Shown: positions 18,474-27,768 of the stretch, in pieces
Layout: each line of letters starts with the position of its first letter
Numbering within the stretch: the stretch's first letter is position 1
Source: Candidatus Methanomethylicia archaeon
GTDB taxonomy: Archaea; Thermoproteota; Methanomethylicia; Nezhaarchaeales; B40-G2
DNA: 64,000 nt
Direction: 5' to 3'
NCBI GenBank assembly: GCA_029259155.1
Contig: JAPDJI010000006.1
Span: 24,470-88,469 of the forward strand
Position numbers and translations under genes: made by a program
Notes under the pieces: generated by a model
Database searches by the model: none
Told to the model about the DNA's origin: nothing
The model's input: only the letters and a program-made list of their open reading frames with translations

Positions 18474-20364
18474 GTTTAACCAGCCTCCAAGCTAGTGTTG
18501 CGAGCAGCGAGGCGGTGAAGGCGAGGAGCCAGGCTTGATTAAGCGATGCAGCAAGGAGAGCGGTGAGGAGGGCTGAGAGGGCTAGGCTTACATCGACCAT
18601 CCTCCTCAATAGCTCTGCGGGGTGTCTCCTTCTAAGCGCTTGGCCTAGTGGGAGGCTGGAGGCCTTAGAGAAGAAGGCTGACTCGTGGGTCCTGGCTACC
18701 TCCTTGGCGGTCAGCATGGCCGCGTCGGGCAAATCATCTAAGAAGCCAGCTCTAAGCTTAGCTTCGGAGCCTTGGCTTAGGAGCCTCGACATCCTTAGAA
18801 ACGACGAGGCCAGCCAGGAATACGCGTAGTCCACGCCGAGCCCAGAGGTCAGCAACGATGTGAGCCTCCTCGGGGCCGTGCAGTTGCCTATTTGATAATA
18901 GGCCCACCATAGGGCCAGGCCGGCCAGTGCGCATAGTAGGGTAGAGGCCATCAGGAAGAGGCTGAGCCTTACTTCGAGGGATTCCACGATTCCGAGCGTG
19001 ACCATCCACCTAGCAGGGGTAATGAGCAGCACGCCTAGAGGAAGGCCTAGGAGGCAAGCTGAGGCAAGCGCTAGCATGGGAGGCAGGGTGGTGGACGGCG
19101 GCGAGGCCTCGACGAGCCTGTAGGAGGAGCCGTAGATGAAGCCGAGTAGCCTAGCCACGTAGGCCACGGTGAGGGCAGAGCCCAGCATCATTAACCCAGC
19201 CACCCAGAGCCTCCCCTCCTCGAGGGCTGTGTCTATTATCAGGTCCTTGGTGAAGAAGGCGTTGAGAGGAGGGATGGCTGCGAGGGCTAGGGCACCTATA
19301 GCGAAGGCAGCTCCATGAAGCCTTAGGTCGGTCCCCACCCCCCTAAGCACCCTTAAGTCCCTAGACCCAGCAGCGTGGCTTAACACGCCGGCGGCTAGGA
19401 AGAGGAGGGACTTGAAGAGGGCATGGCTGAAGGCGTGTAGGCCTGCTGCCACTAAGCCCAGCGTGGAAGCTAGGCCGAGGGAGGCCACCATGTACCCTAG
19501 CTGGCTTATGGAAGAGAAGGCCAACACCCTCTTCACGTCAAGCTCGACTAGGGCTGCTGCCCCTCCATAAAGCAGGGTTACTACCCCCCCGAGGAGTAGT
19601 AGGGGGGCCAGCCCCTCAGCTATTTCCACGCTTAAGTCCATGGTCCTAATCAGCATGTAGACCCCGACGTGTACCATCAATCCTGATAGCATGGCGCTGA
19701 CGGGTGCGGGTGCTTCTGAGTGAGCATCAGGGAGCCATACGTGAAGTGGGTAGATGGCCACCTTGAAGGCTAGCCCAGCGACCATTAAGGCGCAGGCCAG
19801 CTTCAAGCCCCACGTAGCCTCGTGGGCTGCTAAGAAGCGTAGCTGAGCGAGGTCGAAGGTATGGGTGGTCATGTAGAAGGTGACTATGGACACTACCATC
19901 AACGCGCCGCCTAGGTGAGTGAAAATGAAGTACTTAGTAGCTATCGACAGCGCTTTCTCCTTGGGACACTCAGCCCAGTGGGCTATAAGGAGGTAGGAAG
20001 GTATCAACATGAACTCCCAGAACACGTAGAAGAGCACGAAGTTTCTTGAGGTCACTGAGCCAGCCATGCCGAGGGCGAAGAGGCATAGCAGGCCGAAGAA
20101 CCTGGACCTATCAGTCTCCACGTAGCTGTGAGAGTAGACGCTGGCGAGGAGCGATATGGTGAGCACGAGGACTATGAAAGCCTGGGAGAGTAGGTCGTTG
20201 AAGAAGGGTAGGTCAATGGGGTCGGGGATGAAGAGGAAGGCGAGAGACATAGCCAAACCAAGTGAAGCTGCGAGACCTGCGTGTTCCTCAAGCCTATCGC
20301 TCACCGCTATGGTTAGAAGCACACCAGTGGCGGAGAGAACCATGAGAGAGTAGAGGGTACCCAT
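18466..20364 (-). CDS. Proton-conducting antiporter-like subunit, NuoL/MrpA-type
   Basis: [49 protein letters not shown]-terminal extension with VDYAY. Confidence 0.9.
   Translation of the reverse strand: MGTLYSLMVLSATGVLLTIAVSDRLEEHAGLAASLGLAMSLAFLFIPDPIDLPFFNDLLSQAFIVLVLTISLLASVYSHSYVETDRSRFFGLLCLFALGMAGSVTSRNFVLFYVFWEFMLIPSYLLIAHWAECPKEKALSIATKYFIFTHLGGALMVVSIVTFYMTTHTFDLAQLRFLAAHEATWGLKLACALMVAGLAFKVAIYPLHVWLPDAHSEAPAPVSAMLSGLMVHVGVYMLIRTMDLSVEIAEGLAPLLLLGGVVTLLYGGAAALVELDVKRVLAFSSISQLGYMVASLGLASTLGLVAAGLHAFSHALFKSLLFLAAGVLSHAAGSRDLRVLRGVGTDLRLHGAAFAIGALALAAIPPLNAFFTKDLIIDTALEEGRLWVAGLMMLGSALTVAYVARLLGFIYGSSYRLVEASPPSTTLPPMLALASACLLGLPLGVLLITPARWMVTLGIVESLEVRLSLFLMASTLLCALAGLALWWAYYQIGNCTAPRRLTSLLTSGLGVDYAYSWLASSFLRMSRLLSQGSEAKLRAGFLDDLPDAAMLTAKEVARTHESAFFSKASSLPLGQALRRRHPAELLRRMVDVSLALSALLTALLAASLNQAWLLAFTASLLATLAWRLVKHV
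19682..19746. repeat. 65-bp exact direct repeat, copy 2
   Basis: Identical to 17746-17810. Confidence 0.9.
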
Positions 20365-20368
20365 CGAC

Positions 20369-21820
20369 CTAGACCTCCATCATCCAACTCTCCTCCAAGC
20401 AGGCTACGGCCGCCTTGTGAGCTGACTCAAGGAACGGTGAAGGAGCGAGGCCTATGAGGAAGCAACTTATGATCAGCGAGATTATTAGGGCTCGGAGGCC
20501 CCAGCTAGCTCCACGCTGCGTGGATGGCCCCTCCCCGGCCCTGCTGTACATGGAGTAGAGAGCCCTCATGAAAGATGCCAGCATAACTAGGTCGAGCACG
20601 ATGAAGGCCGCCGCTACCCATAGGAGACCCTCCTCAACCATCGATAGGAACACTAAGAACTTGCTGTGGAAGCCGTTGAGTGGGGGCACAGCGCAGCTAC
20701 TGAGCGAGGCTATAAGGAAGCCAGTGGTGCCTAGTAGCACGTGTTTATAGGCACCCTTTAAGGCATAGATTCTCCTTCCCTGAGAGGACTGTATGAAGAG
20801 CGCTATGCTGGCGAAGAAGAGGTTCTTAATTAACACGAGGTTGAGCACGTGGAAGAAGACTCCTTGAAGGGCCGTATGGTTAGCTATGCCCCAAGCCATC
20901 ATCAACACACCCCCCTCCCCCACTGAGGTACAGGTTACGAGGCGCTTAAGGTCGTCCTGGCCGAGCGCAAGTAGGTAGCCAGCAGCCATGTTTACAACAG
21001 CGGCCGCGAGGAAGAAGTCCTTCAAGGCTGGTAAGAGGGGACGGTACACGGTGAATAACATGCGGGTCGCTCCATAGAAGCCGACGACTCTCACCGCAGC
21101 AGCCATGAACGCGCTCGAGGGGCTTGGAGCCCATGGGTTAACCCCCGGGAACCATATATGGGCTGGGAACACCGCTAACTTCACCCAAAAACCTCCCAGC
21201 ACGAGGGGTAGGGTCAGCCATAGAGCCTGAGGCGGAATAGTGGAAGCCACCTCAGGTATCATGGTCGACCCTGCCTGAAGAGCTAGTACCGCGAAGCCGA
21301 GCACGAGGAGGATGGTGGAGGCCGCGTCGAAGGCTAAGTAGAGCGCTAAGCTCTCCCTAGGCCCTGTATCTATGCCGACCTCGTCAGGTAGGCGGGGGGC
21401 CATGAAGTAGTAGGAGGCCAAGTTCATCAATAGGTAGAAGAGGAGAAAGCTAAGGAGGTCGCCACAGTAAATAAGGCTCACGATCCCCAGCAGGGATAAG
21501 GTGAGGGAAGCATAGTAAGCAGGATCGTTTAGCTTCTTTAAGTAAGTAGCTGCTAAGAGCATGGCGGCAGCTCCAGCCATGGTGAACTTCTCGAGGAGCA
21601 GTGCTCCATAGGCGTCCAGGAAGAGAAGGCTTGGAGACCTAGAGAGCACGGCTGGGGTATCCTCGACAAGGGGGGCTGCTAAAAACGAAGCTGCTAGGCA
21701 GGCTAGGGAGCCTACTACAGCTACGTAGCTAGTAAGCTTAGCTCCACGCTTCACTACCGCTGAGGCTGAGGTGGCTACAGCTGTAACAATAGCCGCCTGT
21801 AGAGGCAGTGAGGCTAGCAA
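20369..21820 (-). CDS. Divergent antiporter-like subunit, NuoN/MrpD-type
   Basis: KLAVFPAHIWFP, DLKRL, PPLNGFHSKF; TM5 Glu apparently replaced (FYLLMN). Confidence 0.85.
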   Translation of the reverse strand: MLASLPLQAAIVTAVATSASAVVKRGAKLTSYVAVVGSLACLAASFLAAPLVEDTPAVLSRSPSLLFLDAYGALLLEKFTMAGAAAMLLAATYLKKLNDPAYYASLTLSLLGIVSLIYCGDLLSFLLFYLLMNLASYYFMAPRLPDEVGIDTGPRESLALYLAFDAASTILLVLGFAVLALQAGSTMIPEVASTIPPQALWLTLPLVLGGFWVKLAVFPAHIWFPGVNPWAPSPSSAFMAAAVRVVGFYGATRMLFTVYRPLLPALKDFFLAAAVVNMAAGYLLALGQDDLKRLVTCTSVGEGGVLMMAWGIANHTALQGVFFHVLNLVLIKNLFFASIALFIQSSQGRRIYALKGAYKHVLLGTTGFLIASLSSCAVPPLNGFHSKFLVFLSMVEEGLLWVAAAFIVLDLVMLASFMRALYSMYSRAGEGPSTQRGASWGLRALIISLIISCFLIGLAPSPFLESAHKAAVACLEESWMMEV

Positions 21821-21836
21821 TTCACAAGGCCTCCAA

Positions 21837-22487
21837 TCAGAGGCCGAGGAAGTGTAGCCTATGCCTTCTCCTTAATAGGATGACTGCGTCTCCCTGCTCC
21901 AGCTGAGGTACTTCGTTAGGTAGTAAGGCGGCCCCCCCTCTGAGTATGAGGAGGGGGTAGGTGTCTTTGAGCTTCCTGCGTATGTCCAGCGGCCTAAGCC
22001 CCTTTAGCCTAGAGCCTTCGTCCACGGACACCTCCTCGACCTCTATGTCCTTGCGCACCATCTCAAGTAGCTCGAAGAGGCTTATTCTCCTAATCTTAGC
22101 GTAGATCCTTAACACCGAGGAATCTACGTGGTTGACCAGCTCGTGAAAGCCCAGCGACCTACAGACCTCAGCGTAGGAGGCGTGCTTTATTCGAACAAGC
22201 ACCCTTCTAGCTCCTAGGTTCTTGGCTAGGAGGGAAGCAATGAGGTTCACTGGGTCGCTCCCTGTCAGGGCGGCGAAGACGTCAGCCCTCCCCACGCCCG
22301 CCTCGATTAACACGCGTGGGTCAGTGGCACTTCCGGTGAAGACGTTAACCTCAGCCTCGAGAGACTTGGCTAGCCTCTCGGTGACCTCTGGGCTAGTGTC
22401 GATGGCCGCTACTTTGTAGCCGTGGAGCACCATCCTCCTCACCGTGGCCTCTCCAACGTCGCCTAAGCCGGCCACTATGATAAACAA
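21837..22487 (-). CDS. TrkA/KtrA-family RCK regulatory protein
   Basis: AGLGDVG Rossmann motif, GSATDP, ALTGSD..N, C-terminal RCK_C. Confidence 0.88.
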   Translation of the reverse strand: MFIIVAGLGDVGEATVRRMVLHGYKVAAIDTSPEVTERLAKSLEAEVNVFTGSATDPRVLIEAGVGRADVFAALTGSDPVNLIASLLAKNLGARRVLVRIKHASYAEVCRSLGFHELVNHVDSSVLRIYAKIRRISLFELLEMVRKDIEVEEVSVDEGSRLKGLRPLDIRRKLKDTYPLLILRGGAALLPNEVPQLEQGDAVILLRRRHRLHFLGL

Positions 22488-23119
22488 CCACTAGCCCCCT
22501 CCTTGTGTCTGATTAACACGAGGACATCGCCCGGCTCCAGCGTCAAGTCGGGGTCGGGGAACTTCACCTCCCCCTCTGACAACACGAAGGCTGGGTAGGA
22601 GTTCTTCAGAACCTCCTCACCGAGCTCCTTGATCTTCCTCCACGCTAGCTCCGAGCCCTCCCCTATCTCGACGTGCTCGACGTCGACGAAGTGCTCACCT
22701 ATAGAGACTACGTCGGCCAGCTTAAAGCCATGGACAGATGCATCGATCCTAAACGCTGTGGCCTCGGCTGGGCTACAGATCTCGGTGAGGCCGACCATCC
22801 TACAGGCCTCCACGTACACCGGGTTCTCGACCCTCACCAACACCCTCCTAGCTCCCTGATGCTTAGCCAGTAGAGCTGAGACTAAGTTTACATCGTCGCT
22901 CCCCGTCAACGCTAAGAAGGTGTCAGCTTCCTCAACCCTCACCTGTTCCATGACGTGGGGGTCTGTTACGTCACCCTTCACCACCTCAACCCCCCTTGCC
23001 TCAAGCTCCCTGCAAGCAGCCTCATCGCGCTCGATCACCACGACGTGATAGCCAAGCCCCTTCAAGTAGGTCGCCAGCGCCCTCCCGATGTCGCCTCCTC
23101 CGGCTATCACTACCTTCAC
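22475..23119 (-). CDS. TrkA/KtrA-family RCK regulatory protein
   Basis: AGGGDIG, IERD, GDVTDP, ALTGSDDVN, PDPDLTLEPGD. Confidence 0.9.
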   Translation of the reverse strand: MKVVIAGGGDIGRALATYLKGLGYHVVVIERDEAACRELEARGVEVVKGDVTDPHVMEQVRVEEADTFLALTGSDDVNLVSALLAKHQGARRVLVRVENPVYVEACRMVGLTEICSPAEATAFRIDASVHGFKLADVVSIGEHFVDVEHVEIGEGSELAWRKIKELGEEVLKNSYPAFVLSEGEVKFPDPDLTLEPGDVLVLIRHKEGASGCLS

Positions 23120-23214
23120 TCCCTACCTCACCGCCGACCTTAAACTCTTAGATACGTAAAAGGGTATCGCCGTAAAGGAAATAGGTCGGCTAGTAAAAGA
23201 AACTATAGATAGGC

Positions 23215-23862
23215 TTGTTCGTGGTCATAGCTGGCGGCGGTGGTGTTGGTAAAGCTCTGGCTAAGAGGCTTATTGAGAGAGGGGAGAGGGTCGTCGTAGT
23301 GGACAAGGACCCCTCGACGTGCTCTATGCTTCGAGAGGAGCTGGGCGTCGAGGTGGTAGAGGGCGATGCTACCAACATGAACGTCCTCCAGCGCGCTGGC
23401 GTCGAACACTGTGACGCCCTCTTCGCCCTAGTTGGCCAGGGCAACATCAACGTCATGATAGCGTTGGCTGCCACTGTCTGTGGCTGTAAGGCTGGGAGGG
23501 TTGTAGTGAGGGTGGACAACGACCGCTACCTTGAAGTGTGTAGCATGCTCGGCTTGAAGGAGGTCGTGAACCCAGCTAAATCGGTGGCCGTAGTGGTGTC
23601 CGAGATGGTTAGAGGTGTCAAGCTAACCACGTTGGCGGAGATGTACTACAAGGGTTACATCGACGTAGAGAGCGTAAAGGCAGAGGATGAACAGTATCTA
23701 CAGGCCCTCGTAACTAAGATTGCCCATATGGTAGGTCAAGAATGCCACCCTATCCTCGTGATAAGGAACAGTAAGATCATGCTTCCTGAGCCTAACCTCA
23801 AGCTCAAGGCAGGGGATGAGGTAGTTCTCATAAAGCGGAGGAGTTTGATGTGCGCGTCGTGA
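23215..23862 (+). CDS. TrkA/KtrA-family RCK regulatory protein
   Basis: AGGGGVG, VDKD, GDAT, VVNPA, LKAGD. Confidence 0.88.
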   Translation: MFVVIAGGGGVGKALAKRLIERGERVVVVDKDPSTCSMLREELGVEVVEGDATNMNVLQRAGVEHCDALFALVGQGNINVMIALAATVCGCKAGRVVVRVDNDRYLEVCSMLGLKEVVNPAKSVAVVVSEMVRGVKLTTLAEMYYKGYIDVESVKAEDEQYLQALVTKIAHMVGQECHPILVIRNSKIMLPEPNLKLKAGDEVVLIKRRSLMCAS

Positions 23863-24476
23863 TAGCTGGAGGAGGAGATCTCGGGGAGTCGGTCGCCAGG
23901 ATCTTAAAAATTCAAGGCGTACACGTCACCATAGTAGATCGAAGTAGGAAAACTTGTGAGAAGCTTGCTAAAAGGCTAGATGTGGACTTTGTTGAAGGAG
24001 ATGTCAGTGACCCATTAACGCTGGAAGAGGCGAGAATTGAGGAGGCTTCGGCTTTCCTAGCTTTAACGGGCGATGACTCCATTAACACTATCTCCTCGCT
24101 CATAGCTAAGCGATACGGAGTTCCAAGAATAATAGCTAGAATAGAAGACTCGAGCTATGCTCGCGTATGTGAGGCTAATGGGGTGGAGGTCGTCAGCTTC
24201 GTTGAATCAGCCTCTATGATGTTGGAGGCCATATTGTATCACAATAAGCTGATCGAACTAACCTCATTAATAGAGGAGGAGGGGTTGGACATAGAGCGCA
24301 TAGATTACCACGGTAAAACAGGGGAGTTAAAAATTAAGCATAATGACGCCTACCCAATTATGGTGGTGAGGGGCGGCGAAGTCTTCCTGCCCAATCCAGG
24401 GCTTAAGCTTAAAGATGGTGACAGAATATTCATCATAAAAAGGCGTAAGAAGCTCTTCTACATACCTGAGCTTTAA
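23850..24476 (+). CDS. TrkA/KtrA-family RCK regulatory protein
   Basis: AGGGDLG, GDVSDP, ALTGDDSIN, LKDGD. Confidence 0.9.
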   Translation: MRVVIAGGGDLGESVARILKIQGVHVTIVDRSRKTCEKLAKRLDVDFVEGDVSDPLTLEEARIEEASAFLALTGDDSINTISSLIAKRYGVPRIIARIEDSSYARVCEANGVEVVSFVESASMMLEAILYHNKLIELTSLIEEEGLDIERIDYHGKTGELKIKHNDAYPIMVVRGGEVFLPNPGLKLKDGDRIFIIKRRKKLFYIPEL

Positions 24477-25918
24477 AGCACTATACCTGTCGAGAAGTAA
24501 AGAGCTGTGCCTATGAGGATGACGATGAACCATAGGAGAAGATCTAAGAACCTTTTACGCCTCGTTAACCCAGGCCTTCTGGTCAGCTGTGACGGATAAA
24601 TAGTTATGTTTAGCCTCTTGGCCACTAAGAAGGAGATCATGGATGCTATCAGCATAGGTGCGAATAAGCTGAAGTTACTGCATGTTTCACATAGGAGTAG
24701 GATAGTAGACATGGGTACTCTACCGGCAGCGGCGTAGAGCGCAGCCATCCCAGCGACTATGTAGGCAACATGCGCCCCTGACCTAACTATGAATTCAGGA
24801 AATAGCGCATCGAGAGCTAATGCGTAAGCTCCACCTATCATCGCTCCGCAGAAAAGCGAAGGTACTATTACACCTCCAGCTCCAGCGCTAGCTATGGAAA
24901 AAGTGCTAGCCAAGATTTTTCCGAAGTATAAAAGGAGGAAAACCCATATCAGAAGGTGGCCAAAGCTATTAAAGAGCTCCGTGAAATCTATGGTTTCCTG
25001 TATTACCCAGTAGCCCATTCCCCATAAATAGAGCTCCCCTAGCATTAAAAGCCCTAACAACACGACGAGGCCGTCGAGCAGTCCTCCAATAGCTGGCCTT
25101 AAAGGTCTAGGTATTTTAGAGTCTCTAATCGGGTAATGGAAGGCATAGAATATTTTAGTCCATAGAGCAGCTGCAATAACCGATACAAGCCCCAGCAACG
25201 CCATGCCTGCGACGTGAAATAAGCTGTAAGCTACGTTGGGGTTCAGTATTAACATGTCATGGAACTTTGGAAAAGTTACGAGAGGCTCTGAGCCTAAAAG
25301 GGAGTTGAACAGCAGAAAACCTACTACCGAAGATATCAGGGCTGACGGTAAAGCTTCCACCTCGACGTCTTCAGAGTATAGGACCTCGCTAGCAAAGATC
25401 CCCCCACCGAGGGGGGCACTGAAGATTCCTCCTAAAGCCCCTGCAGCTCCACAGATAGCCACTATCTTAGCGTCTCTACGCGTAAACTTCATGAACCTCC
25501 CAAGCCATGTTTTCTTAAAGAAGAGGTTGATGGCTGCGGCGACGGCGCTGCCTGAATATGCCATAGGACATTCTCTGCCAGCGCTGCCACCTGTACCTAT
25601 GGTTAGGGAGGCGGTCAAGATTTTCAATACCCCTTTGCCCGGGTTTGTATACCCATGATGTAGGTGGACGAGCTCTATCATGCCATCGGTGGAGCATGGA
25701 ATGTAGAATGCATCTTTGTCTAGAAGGTAATTAAGTAAGCCTACGGCTAAACCGCCTGCAAAAGGTATGAGGGCTACCATAAACAATAAGCCTTGACTAC
25801 GAGCTTGATTGACGAGATCTAAGAAGAACTCTATGGAGAACTTCAAGGAAACAGTAAAGGCTATGCCTGCGATTCCACCGAGAAGTCCTGAAAGGAGGCC
25901 AAAGATCACCCATTTCAT
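24473..25918 (-). CDS. CLC-family chloride channel/transporter without CBS domains
   Basis: TIGTGGSAGRECP, F.APLGG..FASE, GGVIVPSL, TIY. Confidence 0.9.
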   Translation of the reverse strand: MKWVIFGLLSGLLGGIAGIAFTVSLKFSIEFFLDLVNQARSQGLLFMVALIPFAGGLAVGLLNYLLDKDAFYIPCSTDGMIELVHLHHGYTNPGKGVLKILTASLTIGTGGSAGRECPMAYSGSAVAAAINLFFKKTWLGRFMKFTRRDAKIVAICGAAGALGGIFSAPLGGGIFASEVLYSEDVEVEALPSALISSVVGFLLFNSLLGSEPLVTFPKFHDMLILNPNVAYSLFHVAGMALLGLVSVIAAALWTKIFYAFHYPIRDSKIPRPLRPAIGGLLDGLVVLLGLLMLGELYLWGMGYWVIQETIDFTELFNSFGHLLIWVFLLLYFGKILASTFSIASAGAGGVIVPSLFCGAMIGGAYALALDALFPEFIVRSGAHVAYIVAGMAALYAAAGRVPMSTILLLCETCSNFSLFAPMLIASMISFLVAKRLNITIYPSQLTRRPGLTRRKRFLDLLLWFIVILIGTALYFSTGIVL

Positions 25919-26180
25919 AATTCTATTACTTAATATTTCATGTACATTTAGGATCGTTGAGAGGCCACCCCGGAACTCTCATTTCCCTATAGTTAGGACT
26001 ATCTCCCCCCTGTGATGGCAACTTATGAATAAACTTTTTGCTGTTTTTTCAAGGTAGCGTAGGGCGAGTGAAAACTACGACGACTTAAGTACTATTGCTG
26101 TTGAGAAATGTAGCGCTGTGTCTATTATGGTGACAGCGAACAACATAAGATGGTCGTCCTGAAACTTTGGGGAGATGTGG

Positions 26181-27317
26181 CTAAGACCCGCCGCTTAACT
26201 TGAAGAAGTTTAAAATGGTCTTTGCAGCTATTCTTGCACCGTTCAAGACGTCTGCGACTTTAACGTACTCGTCTTTAACGTGCGCCTGCCCCCTGGTCAT
26301 GGTACCTATAGACACTATAGGCACATTGAACAGCCTGTGAAGTTGAGCTGCATCTATCCAACCTTTAGCCACGGTTGGCCAAGCCTTAAAGCCTTCGTCT
26401 TTAGCTGCTTCCAAGGCAGCCTTCGCTATGGGGCTTGACGGCTCAATCACGTAGCCTTTCAGCCCGCCCTTTAGCCTGACCTTAAAACCATGTTTAAGTG
26501 CTCTATTTGCCACCTCTAGCACGCGCCTTACGGCATCTTTAGGGCTTAAGGTAGGTAGGAGCCTAAAGTTCACGTTCATGTAACATGAGTCAGGTACCAT
26601 GGTGGGCCACTCACCTCCCTTAATGACTGTGACGGTAACGTTCTCGACGACCGGTAGAGGTCTTTCCATCCGCTGTAAAATTCTTGGGGATCGTAGCTCG
26701 CTGATAAGGTCGTAGGCCCTATAGATGGCGTTGACTCCAAGCTCAGGCTCTGAGGAATGATAAGCCTTACCTTCCACTATCACCTCCACGTTAGCTATAC
26801 CTCTACATCCTATCACTACTTCACATTGTCTGTCTTCAGCATCTATATAATGGTCTAGGCATATGCCAGCGTCGACGTCCACCTTGTCCTTCAACCCTCT
26901 CCTCGCCCTCACCTTACCTCCTCCCTCTTCCCTCGATGTGAAGAGAAGCACAAGCCTCCCGGGGAGGTGCTGAGTAACGAGCGCCTTGGCTATGGTCAAC
27001 ATCGCCGCCACTCCTGCCTTATTGTCTGAGGCCCCTCTACCGTACACCTTACCTTCTCTAAGCATACCTGAGTAGGGATCTATGGTCCATCCGTTTCCCG
27101 GCGGGACCGTGTCAAGGTGAGCGTTTAGTAAGACCCTGCGTTTTCCGCTACCTAGCTCGGCTATGACGTTGAAGTAGCCATCTACCTCGGCTCTCAGCCC
27201 CATCTCCTGTAGCTTAGAAACTACTAGCTTCGCAACTTTTTCTTCTCCTCTAGGAGGGCTTGGAATCTTAACTAGTTCCTGAAGGGTTTTAACCAAGTAA
27301 TCTGAGTCCAGCTCCAT
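26181..27317 (-). CDS. M20-family metallopeptidase (ArgE/DapE-like)
   Basis: NAHLDTV, YGRGASDNK, REE, GKAYHSS.PE.GVNA, AH..DE. Confidence 0.92.
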   Translation of the reverse strand: MELDSDYLVKTLQELVKIPSPPRGEEKVAKLVVSKLQEMGLRAEVDGYFNVIAELGSGKRRVLLNAHLDTVPPGNGWTIDPYSGMLREGKVYGRGASDNKAGVAAMLTIAKALVTQHLPGRLVLLFTSREEGGGKVRARRGLKDKVDVDAGICLDHYIDAEDRQCEVVIGCRGIANVEVIVEGKAYHSSEPELGVNAIYRAYDLISELRSPRILQRMERPLPVVENVTVTVIKGGEWPTMVPDSCYMNVNFRLLPTLSPKDAVRRVLEVANRALKHGFKVRLKGGLKGYVIEPSSPIAKAALEAAKDEGFKAWPTVAKGWIDAAQLHRLFNVPIVSIGTMTRGQAHVKDEYVKVADVLNGARIAAKTILNFFKLSGGS

Positions 27318-27356
27318 ACAGGAGCCTTTTATACTGCTAGCTTCTTAAAGCCTATT

Positions 27357-27701
27357 GTGGACGTAGAAGCTAAGATTTTAGGGGCGAAGGCAGCGGAGAA
27401 GTCTCTAAATCGTTATGGGGCCCTTCTCGAAGGAGTTGCTGTCTACCTTAGCGACTGCTGTCTTGACGGTAAACCCTACGCTGAAATATACGTCTTCCTT
27501 GAAGAACTTCCTATCGAAGAGGAGGATATAGCCTCAGAGATTCTAGCCTCAATTAAGGAAGGTGAGTGTGCAGGCGTATCAGTGTTTGTCTTCACTTTAA
27601 GCGAAGTTGAGCGTAGAAGAGGCAGCCTAATAGAGGCGTTGAAGGTCTCCCACATAGCTTACGACAGGTCTGGTAGAATTAAGCGCCTCTTGGAAACCTA
27701 G
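27357..27701 (+). CDS. Small hypothetical protein, possibly a degenerate minimal nucleotidyltransferase
   Basis: MNT-like size and C-terminus (EAL....IAYD..G.I..L) but no GS/DxD motif. Confidence 0.45.
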   Translation: MDVEAKILGAKAAEKSLNRYGALLEGVAVYLSDCCLDGKPYAEIYVFLEELPIEEEDIASEILASIKEGECAGVSVFVFTLSEVERRRGSLIEALKVSHIAYDRSGRIKRLLET

Positions 27702-27768
27702 AAGTCAAGGTAACGTACTTTCCCTACGTTATAGATGGGTCTTAAAGGCGTGCCTCAAGCATGGTATG

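Noticed and set aside
3949-27701. HEPN (PaREP1) plus MNT toxin-antitoxin pair
   Set aside because: The genes are 23 kb apart and the MNT-like protein lacks catalytic motifs
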